The notes under the pieces are model-generated. The model ran no database searches. It was not told where the DNA came from and was given only the letters and a program-made list of their open reading frames with translations. This document shows, in pieces, positions 33,126 to 42,116 of a stretch of 64,000 nt of DNA. Position 1 is the first letter of the stretch. Every line of letters begins with the position of its first letter. The DNA is taken from positions 10,343 to 74,342 of the forward strand of contig CAZWJA010000001.1 of NCBI GenBank assembly GCA_964634445.1, given 5' to 3'. Position numbers and translations under genes: made by a program. This stretch comes from an uncultured Candidatus Saccharibacteria bacterium. Lineage in GTDB: Bacteria > Patescibacteriota > Saccharimonadia > Saccharimonadales > AWTP1-31.

Positions 33126-34322
33126 ATGAAACAAAAAAATAATAAGTTAGCCGTCAGGGCTGAACTGCTAAAAGAAAAGGTGCTGTTCAAGTCCCGCTAC
33201 GGGGAAAAAGAAGAGCGCATGTATTTGCGTTTAGCTAAGAAGTTTAGGCTGGAGAAACCTAAATACTGGTGGCGGGAGCAGGGTATAATAACAAAAATAT
33301 TCTGCACGCTGCTGGCAATATTAATCCTAATGGTAAGTTCAGCATATGGTATCGCCCGCTGGTATATCCACACTCAGAGCCACAAGGAATTCAAGTTTGG
33401 TACATCTTTTATACCGAGCTATGCCCGTTACTTCGGTCTCCAGCCGGAAGAAACCATGCAGGCTATGATCAGCGACCTTGGAATAAGGCATTTCCGGCTG
33501 GTCAGCTATTGGGAAGATATTGAGAAAACGCCTGGGCAATATGACTTCAAGGAACTCGACTGGCAGTTCAGAAAAGCCGAGGCTTCTAATTCTACCGTCA
33601 GCTTAAGCATTGGGCTGCGTCAGCCACGCTGGCCGGAATGCCATCAGCCGGAGTGGACCAAGACACAGACTAAGGACGTCTGGTACCCGCAGTTAAAAGA
33701 AGTTATGCGTAAAACCATCGACCGCTACAAAACTAGTCCGGCATTGGAGAGTTACCAGTTGGAAAACGAATTCTTCCTAAAAGTATTCGGCGAATGCACG
33801 GACTTCGACCGCGACCGATTAATAGACGAATTTAACTACGTAAAAGCACTGGATCCAAACCATACGGTTATTATTGCCAGAAGCAACAATGCCTGGGGTA
33901 TTCCGATCGGCCAGCCACAGGCTGACAAATTTGGCGTTTCCGTATACAAGCGGGTTTGGGATAAGGCAGTCACTAAACGCTACTTTGAATATCCTTTCCC
34001 AGCCTGGTTCTACGCCTTTTTAGCCGGTTCCGGAAAAATAGTTACCGGCAAGGATTTGATCATCCATGAGCTACAAACAGAACCGTGGGGGCCAAACAAG
34101 GGTATCACCGAGATTTCGATAGAAGAACAAAATAAGTCACTTAACGCCGAGCGACTGGCTGATCGGATTGCTTACGGCAAAGCAACTGGTATGCGTGAAG
34201 TAGATCTTTGGGGTGTTGAAATGTGGTATTGGCGCAAAACCAAACTAAATGACCCGAGTCTTTGGGAATCGGGTAAAAAGGCATTGCATGACCAACAATG
34301 CTACCAATGCTATAACAAGTGA
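33126..34322 (+). CDS. Putative clan GH-A (TIM-barrel) glycoside hydrolase with N-terminal TM anchor
   Basis: QLENEFF (candidate acid/base NE) and HELQTEPWG (candidate nucleophile Glu). Paralog of the next gene. Confidence 0.5.
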   Translation: MKQKNNKLAVRAELLKEKVLFKSRYGEKEERMYLRLAKKFRLEKPKYWWREQGIITKIFCTLLAILILMVSSAYGIARWYIHTQSHKEFKFGTSFIPSYARYFGLQPEETMQAMISDLGIRHFRLVSYWEDIEKTPGQYDFKELDWQFRKAEASNSTVSLSIGLRQPRWPECHQPEWTKTQTKDVWYPQLKEVMRKTIDRYKTSPALESYQLENEFFLKVFGECTDFDRDRLIDEFNYVKALDPNHTVIIARSNNAWGIPIGQPQADKFGVSVYKRVWDKAVTKRYFEYPFPAWFYAFLAGSGKIVTGKDLIIHELQTEPWGPNKGITEISIEEQNKSLNAERLADRIAYGKATGMREVDLWGVEMWYWRKTKLNDPSLWESGKKALHDQQCYQCYNK

Positions 34323-34334
34323 TATAAATAAGTA

Positions 34335-35228
34335 ATGGAAGAAAACCTGTTTGGTGCCAGCCTATCTGTAAAACAGTGCCGAAACTTCGGTATAAATGAT
34401 CTGGAGGTATTAAAAGCAGCAATTACTGAACTGCATATCATACGCTTCAGGCTAATGAGCTACTGGAATGAGATTGAAAAGTCACCCGGCAAATATGACT
34501 TTAAATATTTAGATCGTCAGATCAGAACGGTCGAAAGCTACGGCGGCGAAGTTACACTCTGTTTAGGAGTACGCCAGCCAAGATGGCCTGAGAGCCATTG
34601 GCCAAATTGGACTGAGAAAGTAAGTCAAGCCAAAAGAAACAGGGATTTAATAAAGTTTATTAAATTAACTGTTAACCGATACAAGGATAGCTCAACTATC
34701 TCCAGCTGGCAGCTGGAGAACGAAGCTTTGCTGAAATCCTTCGGGGAAAAGGGAGACTTCAATCGAAAACGGTTAATTCAGGAATACGAACTCGTCAAAA
34801 AGCTGGATCCGACACGTCCATTAATAATGTCGACCAGTACCTCGTGGGGTATCCCACTCAGAAACCCGATTCCGGATACAGTCGGCTTCTCGTATTACAG
34901 GATTACGCATGATAACAACGAATACCGGCATTCTATTTACATGCCTTGGGTGTTTAGCTTGAGGGCATTTCTAATTAATTTTATCTGGCGCAGGCCAAGT
35001 TTTATCCATGAGCTGCAAGCAGAACCATGGGGACCTATGAACATATGGGAAATGGACGCGCAGGAACAGGCTAAATCCATGAACGAAGATATACTTGCGA
35101 GTAATATTAAAGCAGCCATTAAAACAAAGTTGTTTCCGATAGATTTTTGGGGTCTGGAATGGTGGTACTGGCTGAAACAAAACAACGACAATGATATTTG
35201 GAATAAAGTAAAAGAACTTACTAAATAA
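34335..35228 (+). CDS. Putative clan GH-A glycoside hydrolase (paralog of the upstream gene, no TM)
   Basis: Collinear similarity to 33126..34322 (FRLMSYWNEIEKSPGKYDF, VRQPRWPE, QLENEAL, HELQAEPWG). Confidence 0.5.
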   Translation: MEENLFGASLSVKQCRNFGINDLEVLKAAITELHIIRFRLMSYWNEIEKSPGKYDFKYLDRQIRTVESYGGEVTLCLGVRQPRWPESHWPNWTEKVSQAKRNRDLIKFIKLTVNRYKDSSTISSWQLENEALLKSFGEKGDFNRKRLIQEYELVKKLDPTRPLIMSTSTSWGIPLRNPIPDTVGFSYYRITHDNNEYRHSIYMPWVFSLRAFLINFIWRRPSFIHELQAEPWGPMNIWEMDAQEQAKSMNEDILASNIKAAIKTKLFPIDFWGLEWWYWLKQNNDNDIWNKVKELTK

Positions 35229-35278
35229 TATATTATATACTTTGTCGAGTTTAAAATATCGGTTACAATGTACTAGTT

Positions 35279-35749
35279 ATGCCTAAGAAGAAACCCACAC
35301 AGTCTAAAACCATTTCCAATCGTCGAGCCCGGCATGATTATGCTATCGACGACAGCTTGCTCGTGGGCATGATTCTGACTGGTGCCGAGACTAAATCCCT
35401 GCGGCACGGCCATGGCCAGCTTAGGGGAGCCTACGTTACTGTCAAAGACGACGAGCTTTGGCTAATTAATGCCACCATTTCCTCAATGCCGGGAATAAAC
35501 ATTCCTGAATCCGACCAAACAAGAAGTCGTAAACTGCTGGCCAAAAGAAAAGAAATCGACAAATTAATTGCCAGTAAAAAGCAGGGCCAGACAATAGTGC
35601 CACTGGAAATACTGACAAGAGGCAGATTTATTAAGCTCAGGATTGCTGCCGGCAAAGGCAAGAAGCACTACGACAAAAGAGAAACGTTAAAGAAACGGGA
35701 TGAGACTCGTCAAGCAAATGCAGCTATAAAGAATCGGGTTCGCGCGTGA
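35279..35749 (+). CDS. smpB: SsrA-binding protein SmpB
   Basis: N-terminal NRRARHDY, and K-rich C-terminal tail typical of SmpB. Confidence 0.85.
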   Translation: MPKKKPTQSKTISNRRARHDYAIDDSLLVGMILTGAETKSLRHGHGQLRGAYVTVKDDELWLINATISSMPGINIPESDQTRSRKLLAKRKEIDKLIASKKQGQTIVPLEILTRGRFIKLRIAAGKGKKHYDKRETLKKRDETRQANAAIKNRVRA

Positions 35750-36261
35750 GTCCGGATAAAGCCGATGAGAAAATTGCCGTTGTAGATGACAAAGGCAATA
35801 TTCTAAAGTTAGTTACCCGAGGTGAAATAGCAGATAACTATACCTGGCGGATCATATGCGTATGGATAGAGAACGATAACGGACAAGTGCTACTTCAGCA
35901 AAGATCATACAAGAAAAGATTAGGACCTGGACTCTGGACCTGTGCCGTTGAAGGAACCGTGGAAGGCAATGACACTTTTGAGACTACGGCCAATAGGGAA
36001 ATAGTGGAAGAAATAGGATTAACTGAATTTAAGCTCGTAAAAGCTAATAAAGTCTTATATAAAGCTGAACTTGGATCAAGATTAGCACAAGGGTACAAGG
36101 TTAAATGCAATTGGCCAATAGAGAAGTTTTCACCGCAAGAAAGTGAAGTTGAACAGCTTAAGTGGGTAAAACGAAATGAAGTTATACAAAAACTACAGAA
36201 TAATGATCCGGATTTTCCAAAAGCCGGCAAAGTCTGGCTAGATATGTTTAATCTTGTTTAA
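35746..36261 (+). CDS. NUDIX hydrolase
   Basis: Nudix box GTVEGNDTFETTANREIVEEIGL (Gx5Ex7REUxEExGU). Confidence 0.75.
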   Translation: MSPDKADEKIAVVDDKGNILKLVTRGEIADNYTWRIICVWIENDNGQVLLQQRSYKKRLGPGLWTCAVEGTVEGNDTFETTANREIVEEIGLTEFKLVKANKVLYKAELGSRLAQGYKVKCNWPIEKFSPQESEVEQLKWVKRNEVIQKLQNNDPDFPKAGKVWLDMFNLV

Positions 36262-36330
36262 AAAGCCATATCTACGGTATAATTCATCGGTTACAATCAG
36301 TTTAGATTAGTAAAGTACTTTTAATTTTAT

Positions 36331-36405
36331 TCCCGGGTAGCTCAATGGTGGAGCAAGAAGCTGTTAACTTCGAGGTTGTCGGTTCGAGTCCGACCCCGGG
36401 AGCCA
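36331..36405 (+). tRNA. tRNA-Asn (anticodon GTT)
   Basis: Manual cloverleaf fold. Acceptor TCCCGGG/CCCGGGA. D-stem GCTC/GAGC. Anticodon loop CTGTTAA. T-arm GTCGG-TTCGAGT-CCGAC. Encoded G-CCA. Confidence 0.85.
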
Positions 36406-36545
36406 GAGCAAGCAGTGAAAATCGCAGACCGGTTTCCAAGACCGAAAAGCACTTTCACTCCTTGCTCACCAAGGAAGTAAGATTGCCGATAACAAGGTTA
36501 CGATGTTGGAACCACCAGGAATGGTGGTTCTTTCATTTTTACCTC
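36399..36545 (+). repeat. Repeat unit R1: tRNA-Asn 3' end plus an about 140-nt structured downstream region
   Basis: A long-range stem (36406-36420 with 36453-36467) and a terminal hairpin plus T-run (36508-36540). A homologous copy R2 lies at 57247-57385. An internal partial copy lies at 36584-36623. Confidence 0.6.
36508..36540 (+). terminator. Rho-independent terminator downstream of tRNA-Asn
   Basis: GGAACCACC-AGGAAT-GGTGGTTC hairpin followed by TTTCATTTTT. Confidence 0.6.
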
Positions 36546-36663
36546 TGTTATTCAGTTATAACCGCGACTTGTCCAGCCCGAAGGAAGCAAGCAATGAAAA
36601 AACAGACCTGGTTCCTAGACCCGTCCTTTTACTGATTCAAAGAAAAAATGCGAGCTAGCTATG

Positions 36664-37527
36664 TCAGCTGAGACTGTGCATGAAACTTTTAATTTGCAAA
36701 TTCACATAATCGGGCTTCTCAGCCATCAATAAATGACCAGTGCCTTCCACAATATGAGTCCGTGTTGGTTGAAGGCGTTCGCAAAATTGCAGCCCATTTG
36801 CTAAAGGCAGAACACGATTTTGTTGACCCCAAAAGACCATGGTAGGAGGTAAGTGTGTTGGTCGAGCAAAATCATGACTGAATTTATTAAACGAAGATAG
36901 GCCTCTCTTCAGGTTTAGTCGTGACATTGTTTGTGTTGGGCTATGGGCCTCTTTACTCTCCGCTAGAAAAACTGGATCTGTAGGATTAGGCAGGGCCGCA
37001 TAGTTGGTGCGCACGGCGGTCGTAATCACACCAGGAATGTACTCAATCGTTTTCTGTGTAGCCACGTGAATCGGTTTTAAAAAACCAGGTAACGGTAAGC
37101 TCGCTAAGCGCACCAAAGGTGTCATCATGTCATGACCACCACAGAGATTAAACAAAATCAAAGCCTTCAGCCGTGAAGAATTTCGAATGCCATACTCAAG
37201 GGCGGCCGCTGCACCCACACAGTTGCCAACTAATGTAACATTCTTTAGACTGAGTTTCGATAAAATTTCATCAGTCATTTGAGTATAAAAATCGAGACCG
37301 TAAGTTACATTTGGACGATCCGAAGCACCGCACCCTAGCATATCAAAAGCAAACACACGATATTTTTTAGCGAAATACTGTATTTGATAGTGCCAGATCC
37401 AGTGCCCACTGCCACCATTGTGCAGAAACAGCATTGGCTCACCAGATCCGACCTCTATGTATTTAACAGTTCCTGAACCCAGGGATAGGCTTTTCATAAT
37501 AAAGACAGTATACATTCGGGAATTCAT
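36664..37527 (-). CDS. Alpha/beta-fold hydrolase (Cys in the nucleophile elbow: GNCVG)
   Basis: HNGGSGH oxyanion-hole-like N-terminus, nucleophile elbow LVGNCVGAAAAL, C-terminal His (GTGHLLM). Confidence 0.55.
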   Translation of the reverse strand: MNSRMYTVFIMKSLSLGSGTVKYIEVGSGEPMLFLHNGGSGHWIWHYQIQYFAKKYRVFAFDMLGCGASDRPNVTYGLDFYTQMTDEILSKLSLKNVTLVGNCVGAAAALEYGIRNSSRLKALILFNLCGGHDMMTPLVRLASLPLPGFLKPIHVATQKTIEYIPGVITTAVRTNYAALPNPTDPVFLAESKEAHSPTQTMSRLNLKRGLSSFNKFSHDFARPTHLPPTMVFWGQQNRVLPLANGLQFCERLQPTRTHIVEGTGHLLMAEKPDYVNLQIKSFMHSLS

Positions 37528-37637
37528 GATTACGTAAAAAGTTTTCTCTGAGTAGACCCATTTTCCAGATAATCGTTTATACTTACAATTAATAAAGTTC
37601 TGTTACCCTCGGTAGACTAAACTGCCCTAATCTAAAT

Positions 37638-38423
37638 ATGTCCAATCAAACTAGTACAATTGCCAAGAAAATGCACGGATCCGGCCAGCCGGTTGTATTG
37701 CTCCATGGGTTTGCACACTCGCACAAGTATTGGAACAAAGTGGTTAGACATATGCCACATGACAAATTTCATATCATTACACCTGATAGCATCGGATTTG
37801 GGATGTCGGACAAACCCACAGAACTAAACTATGACATCGATGACCATTCTGAAGAACTCGTAAGGGCACTCTTGAAACACGTTAGTCAGCCAGTAATTCT
37901 AGTTGGACACTCCATGGGCGCAATGATAGCGCTTAGAATCGCCAAACATCACCCACATTTAGTTCAAAAGCTTATTTTGATAAATCCTCCTCTTTTCACA
38001 AGTCCAGAGCATGCAAGACGCGTGATAATGAGTAAGCTGCCGCTACTTTACAAGGCTTATATTGGGAGACTAGGCATAGTTATCCACTCCATGAGAGATA
38101 GCTGGTTCATGGACTTTCTGCATACAACTTTATTGGCAAAAAATCCCGACTTGAGAGATATTGTCACTGATTACTTAAGTCACACGAGACGATCATTCAT
38201 CTATACCTTGCGAAACACCATATTTGCATACTCAATGTACGATGATCTCCGAGAACTCAAGACAAATACAAAATACATCTACTGCCCCAATGACCCATTC
38301 TACGACCCGGCATCACTTGCTTTCTTCAGTAAATATCCGAATATGCAAGCAGTTAAAATCTCTGGTGGCCACAAGATACCCTATGTTAATGCAGAACAGG
38401 TCGTTCATGAGATATGCGCTTAA
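37638..38423 (+). CDS. Alpha/beta-fold hydrolase
   Basis: HGFAHS oxyanion region, GHSMG nucleophile elbow, C-terminal GGHKIPY catalytic His region. Confidence 0.65.
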   Translation: MSNQTSTIAKKMHGSGQPVVLLHGFAHSHKYWNKVVRHMPHDKFHIITPDSIGFGMSDKPTELNYDIDDHSEELVRALLKHVSQPVILVGHSMGAMIALRIAKHHPHLVQKLILINPPLFTSPEHARRVIMSKLPLLYKAYIGRLGIVIHSMRDSWFMDFLHTTLLAKNPDLRDIVTDYLSHTRRSFIYTLRNTIFAYSMYDDLRELKTNTKYIYCPNDPFYDPASLAFFSKYPNMQAVKISGGHKIPYVNAEQVVHEICA

Positions 38424-38441
38424 AAAGGATGGGGGCTAAGT

Positions 38442-39011
38442 ATGCAACCATATCTGATCTTATTTTTCTTAAACTTCCTTGAAGGGTCTGTTATTACTCT
38501 TGGTGCTGGCCTATCTGCGCAGGCTACCCATCTTGACTACTGCTTAGCCCTACTGACTCTCATCACCGCCGACATCGTCAGTGATCTTTTCTACTATGGT
38601 TTGGGTAGATTTGGTGGGGGTATCCTTCACACAAAGTATGCAAGAATAATTGGCGTCACAGAGCATCATCTAGATTTGGTCGAAAGCTATTATTCGAAGC
38701 ATGGTAAAATTACGCTTTTCTTTGCTAAAATGTCTGACCTTCTAGCAATGCCAGCAGTGATCATTGCTGGTGCTATAAAGATGAAGCTCCGCGACTATAT
38801 TGCAGTCAGTGTTGTGACGTCCATTCTTAAAGCCGTTCTATTATTCTCAGCCGGATACTTACTCGGGAACAGTCTAGGCCGTAATGGTTTAGTGCTTATA
38901 CAAAATATGCTTAGCGGTCTATTTATTCTAATTTTAACAATCTTTATATTCCGCTATTTCTATGTCAAGATTAGACAAGATAAGGCTCTCAAAAGGAAAC
39001 TACGTCAGTAA
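38442..39011 (+). CDS. Small polytopic membrane protein (DedA/VTT-like?)
   Basis: Four to five hydrophobic segments. The family assignment is weak. Confidence 0.35.
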   Translation: MQPYLILFFLNFLEGSVITLGAGLSAQATHLDYCLALLTLITADIVSDLFYYGLGRFGGGILHTKYARIIGVTEHHLDLVESYYSKHGKITLFFAKMSDLLAMPAVIIAGAIKMKLRDYIAVSVVTSILKAVLLFSAGYLLGNSLGRNGLVLIQNMLSGLFILILTIFIFRYFYVKIRQDKALKRKLRQ

Positions 39012-39013
39012 TT

Positions 39014-39781
39014 ATGCAGCAAACTAAGCCATTATTTTGGGTTGTTATACCGTTCTTCAACGAGCAAAAGCTCATACTAAAAACTCTTGAGGCTTTAGAG
39101 CAGCAGAGTGATACAGATTTTGCGATGGTGTTAGTAAATAATATGAGCACCGACAAGTCCCCTCAAATTGTTCGGACATTTATTAAGCAACACCCAAGAC
39201 TAAATATCCATTTAATTAACGAGAAGCAGAAAGGCACTGGTGCAGCATCTGACACTGGCTTTCGTTATGCGATTCAACACGGCGCAACCATTGTTGCAAG
39301 AACTGATGCAGACGCATTGCCGTGCAAAGATTGGGTGCGTTTACTCAAACATGAGTTTGCAACCGGGGCACGTTTTGTTGGTGGGAGGTTGGCAGCACGA
39401 ACCGATGAACCAAACTACCGTTGGTATGACGGCTTCATCACCGCTATATTCGTGCGTATTTTTGAGCCTGCGCCGCGTATTTTCTACAAACGCCCAGGTC
39501 AACGCTATCCACTCTTTATGGTACCGGGTTTAAACATGGCTATAGACGCAAAATTATACTTGGAGGTGGACGGCTTTCCACGCTCAAGCATTGACGATAC
39601 AGACGAGGATCTTGAGCTACACCTAAAGGTTTGTCAGATTATTGATAAGTCACAAGCTCGCCTTAATAAGCAAGCACTCGTCTACGGCTCTATTCGGAAA
39701 GCGAAATCAATGGGTTATCTGAATATCATACTGTGGTACTGGAGTCGTAAACATAAACCGGACGTTATTGATGTCCGCTAG
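39014..39781 (+). CDS. Glycosyltransferase family 2
   Basis: VVIPFFNEQ, LVNNMSTDKS, DADALP (DxD). Confidence 0.7.
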   Translation: MQQTKPLFWVVIPFFNEQKLILKTLEALEQQSDTDFAMVLVNNMSTDKSPQIVRTFIKQHPRLNIHLINEKQKGTGAASDTGFRYAIQHGATIVARTDADALPCKDWVRLLKHEFATGARFVGGRLAARTDEPNYRWYDGFITAIFVRIFEPAPRIFYKRPGQRYPLFMVPGLNMAIDAKLYLEVDGFPRSSIDDTDEDLELHLKVCQIIDKSQARLNKQALVYGSIRKAKSMGYLNIILWYWSRKHKPDVIDVR

Positions 39782-40355
39782 TGCGCCAATTGCTTACATC
39801 TGTGTTATTCCAAAGACTGAGGTACATAACTATGTATCCACTCCTATGCCAGCTCATTACGAGGGTACGATTCGAGATGAATCAAGAATGGGCTATGCAA
39901 TTCTTGCAAATATATTAAAAAACAAATTCGGTGTCACCCATCATGTTAAAAATATACTCGCGAAGCCAAATGGCAAGCCTTACATTAAAGATAGTTCGAT
40001 TTGTTTTAACATTGCATACAGTCAGGATTATGTAGCTTGTGCAGTCGGCCAGCAAGAGATCGGTATTGACATTGAGCAGCCAAGAGAACTACACCCTAAA
40101 TTAATACTCAAACTACTGACCCCCGAAGAAATTGATGATGGCGTGGATCCGCTTCGGGCGTGGGTCATAAAGGAAGCATACAGCAAACTACTCGGCGCTG
40201 GACTGGCACTTGGTTTCGCATCAATATCAGTTGACACAATACTAGGCAGACAGCCACATTTTATTGTCCCGAACAAACTGTATACCTGTGCAGTTTTTTA
40301 CGAGAATCCAAACACAATGGTAAAGATCCAATATACACTTGAGGATACATTATGA
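39768..40355 (+). CDS. 4'-phosphopantetheinyl transferase (Sfp-type)
   Basis: PPTase motifs FNIAYSQDYVACAV, GIDIEQ and WVIKEAYSKLLG. Confidence 0.75.
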   Translation: MMSASAPIAYICVIPKTEVHNYVSTPMPAHYEGTIRDESRMGYAILANILKNKFGVTHHVKNILAKPNGKPYIKDSSICFNIAYSQDYVACAVGQQEIGIDIEQPRELHPKLILKLLTPEEIDDGVDPLRAWVIKEAYSKLLGAGLALGFASISVDTILGRQPHFIVPNKLYTCAVFYENPNTMVKIQYTLEDTL

Positions 40356-41332
40356 AGCGAGTACTGATAACAGGCGCAACGGGCTTTTTGGGCAGTTACA
40401 CAGTTGCAGAGTTTAGTAAGCACGGGTATTACGTTATAGCGACTGGGCGCGATCAGGAAAAGCTTGCTAAGCTCAAACCTGCCGCAAACGAGACAATCAC
40501 ATGTGACTTGAGCAACCTAGCTAAAAAACGCGTGAAGGCGGATGTGGTCGTGCATATTGCAGCACTATCTACTATCTGGGGCAGTTGGGCCGACTTTTAT
40601 AATGCGAACGTCCTTGGTACACAACAGGTTATCTGGTTTTGCCAGAAAAACGCTATCAAAAAATTAGTGTTTATATCATCACCAAGTATTTATTCAAGCA
40701 GACAGCATCGCCTAAATATTCACGAATCAGCGTATAACCCGAAAAATAAGCTTAATAACTACATTCGCTCAAAAATTGCTGCCGAGAAATTGGTGCAAGC
40801 GGCCAATAATAACAACCTGCATACTGTCATTTTAAGACCACGTGGCATTTTCGGAATCGGCGATACCAGCATCGTGCCACGTTTAATCAAGGCGAATAAC
40901 ACCATTGGCCTACCGCTTATTAATAATGGCCAAAACCAGGTTGATATGACCTGTGTTGAAAATGTGGCCCACGCCATACGCTTAGCCGTGGAGTCTCAAA
41001 AAGCGAACGGACACACATACAATATTACCAACGGTGAGCCGCGCTCCTTTAAGGACATTACCGAGAAACTCCTTAAAGATATCAACCAAAAACCTCGCTA
41101 CAAACGCTTATCTCCAAACAGTCTCTATGCCATGGCTACAGTTTTGGAGCATGCCTATCGTTTGTTACGTATACCTAACGAACCAGCCATAACAAGATAT
41201 ACTGTGTGTACGCTGGGTTATTCGCAGACACTTGATATATCTAGTGCAAGGAAAGACTTAGGCTATGCACCGATAATTAGTCTTAACGCAGGACTTAAGA
41301 AATATGCCGACAACTACACAAAAAATAACTAG
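40352..41332 (+). CDS. NAD-dependent epimerase/dehydratase family (extended SDR)
   Basis: N-terminal ITGATGFLGS Rossmann motif and YIRSK (YxxxK) catalytic motif. Confidence 0.75.
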   Translation: MKRVLITGATGFLGSYTVAEFSKHGYYVIATGRDQEKLAKLKPAANETITCDLSNLAKKRVKADVVVHIAALSTIWGSWADFYNANVLGTQQVIWFCQKNAIKKLVFISSPSIYSSRQHRLNIHESAYNPKNKLNNYIRSKIAAEKLVQAANNNNLHTVILRPRGIFGIGDTSIVPRLIKANNTIGLPLINNGQNQVDMTCVENVAHAIRLAVESQKANGHTYNITNGEPRSFKDITEKLLKDINQKPRYKRLSPNSLYAMATVLEHAYRLLRIPNEPAITRYTVCTLGYSQTLDISSARKDLGYAPIISLNAGLKKYADNYTKNN

Positions 41333-42116
41333 TGTGCAGTATTACAACTGTGGGAATTGTGTGAACAGGCTTGGCTTTGTATATCGAAATCAGAGTTTTC
41401 AAAAACGCGTGTTCCCGTCAGGGGTATTTTTGATTAAGCATTCAAAGTATGGTTACGTATTGTTTGACACAGGCTATTCGCTCAATATCTACAAAACAGG
41501 TTGGCGTGGTTGGCTCTATCGACTATTAAACCCGACTCATGTCAGCCGGGAGGAAGAGATTGACGTCCAGCTTAAAAAAGATGGTATTACACCAAAAGAC
41601 ATTCAATATGTAGTTTTATCACATCTCCATCCAGACCACATTGGCGGTTTAAAATTCTTTAACCAGAGCCAGTTTATTATCACTAAAGATAGCTACCGCG
41701 CATATCAACATCCACACACTACAGATCTTCTTTTTCCGGCACTGCTGCCAAATTGGTTTGAGTCACACATCCTGAAGTTAGAAGATATGCAGCTAAAGCT
41801 AGCTACGCACACTGGGTTGGCTGGCTACGATTTATTTGGCGATGGCACGCTAATTCTCACACCGCTCGAAGGTCACACAAATGGCCATTTAGGGGCATTT
41901 ATCCCTGGTGAATTATTGCTAGCCGGCGATGCTTGTTGGGGCGAAGATCTCATGAAGCCGTCAAGAAACATGCGTCGTATTATTAACCTAATTCATCATG
42001 ACCACGGAGCGTTTTTGAAGACACTACATACACTGAGCCGCCTTAAGCAGCAAGGAGTAAGGTTATGCTTCAGCCATGACCAATATGAACAGAAGGAACT
42101 TCTGCGTGCAAAATAA
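41304..42116 (+). CDS. MBL-fold metallo-hydrolase
   Basis: HLHPDHIGG (HxHxDH) zinc-binding motif. Confidence 0.65.
   Translation: MPTTTQKITSVQYYNCGNCVNRLGFVYRNQSFQKRVFPSGVFLIKHSKYGYVLFDTGYSLNIYKTGWRGWLYRLLNPTHVSREEEIDVQLKKDGITPKDIQYVVLSHLHPDHIGGLKFFNQSQFIITKDSYRAYQHPHTTDLLFPALLPNWFESHILKLEDMQLKLATHTGLAGYDLFGDGTLILTPLEGHTNGHLGAFIPGELLLAGDACWGEDLMKPSRNMRRIINLIHHDHGAFLKTLHTLSRLKQQGVRLCFSHDQYEQKELLRAK

Noticed and set aside
35279-36545. Possible tmRNA (ssrA) next to smpB
   Set aside because: The tRNA-like sequence after smpB folds as a complete cloverleaf with an ordinary anticodon arm (GTT). There is no tag-peptide reading frame or pseudoknot series, so it is tRNA-Asn, not tmRNA.
36345-36635. 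96-aa plus-strand ORF
   Set aside because: It starts inside tRNA-Asn and runs through the structured repeat and terminator. It has no RBS, and its composition is driven by the repeat sequence.
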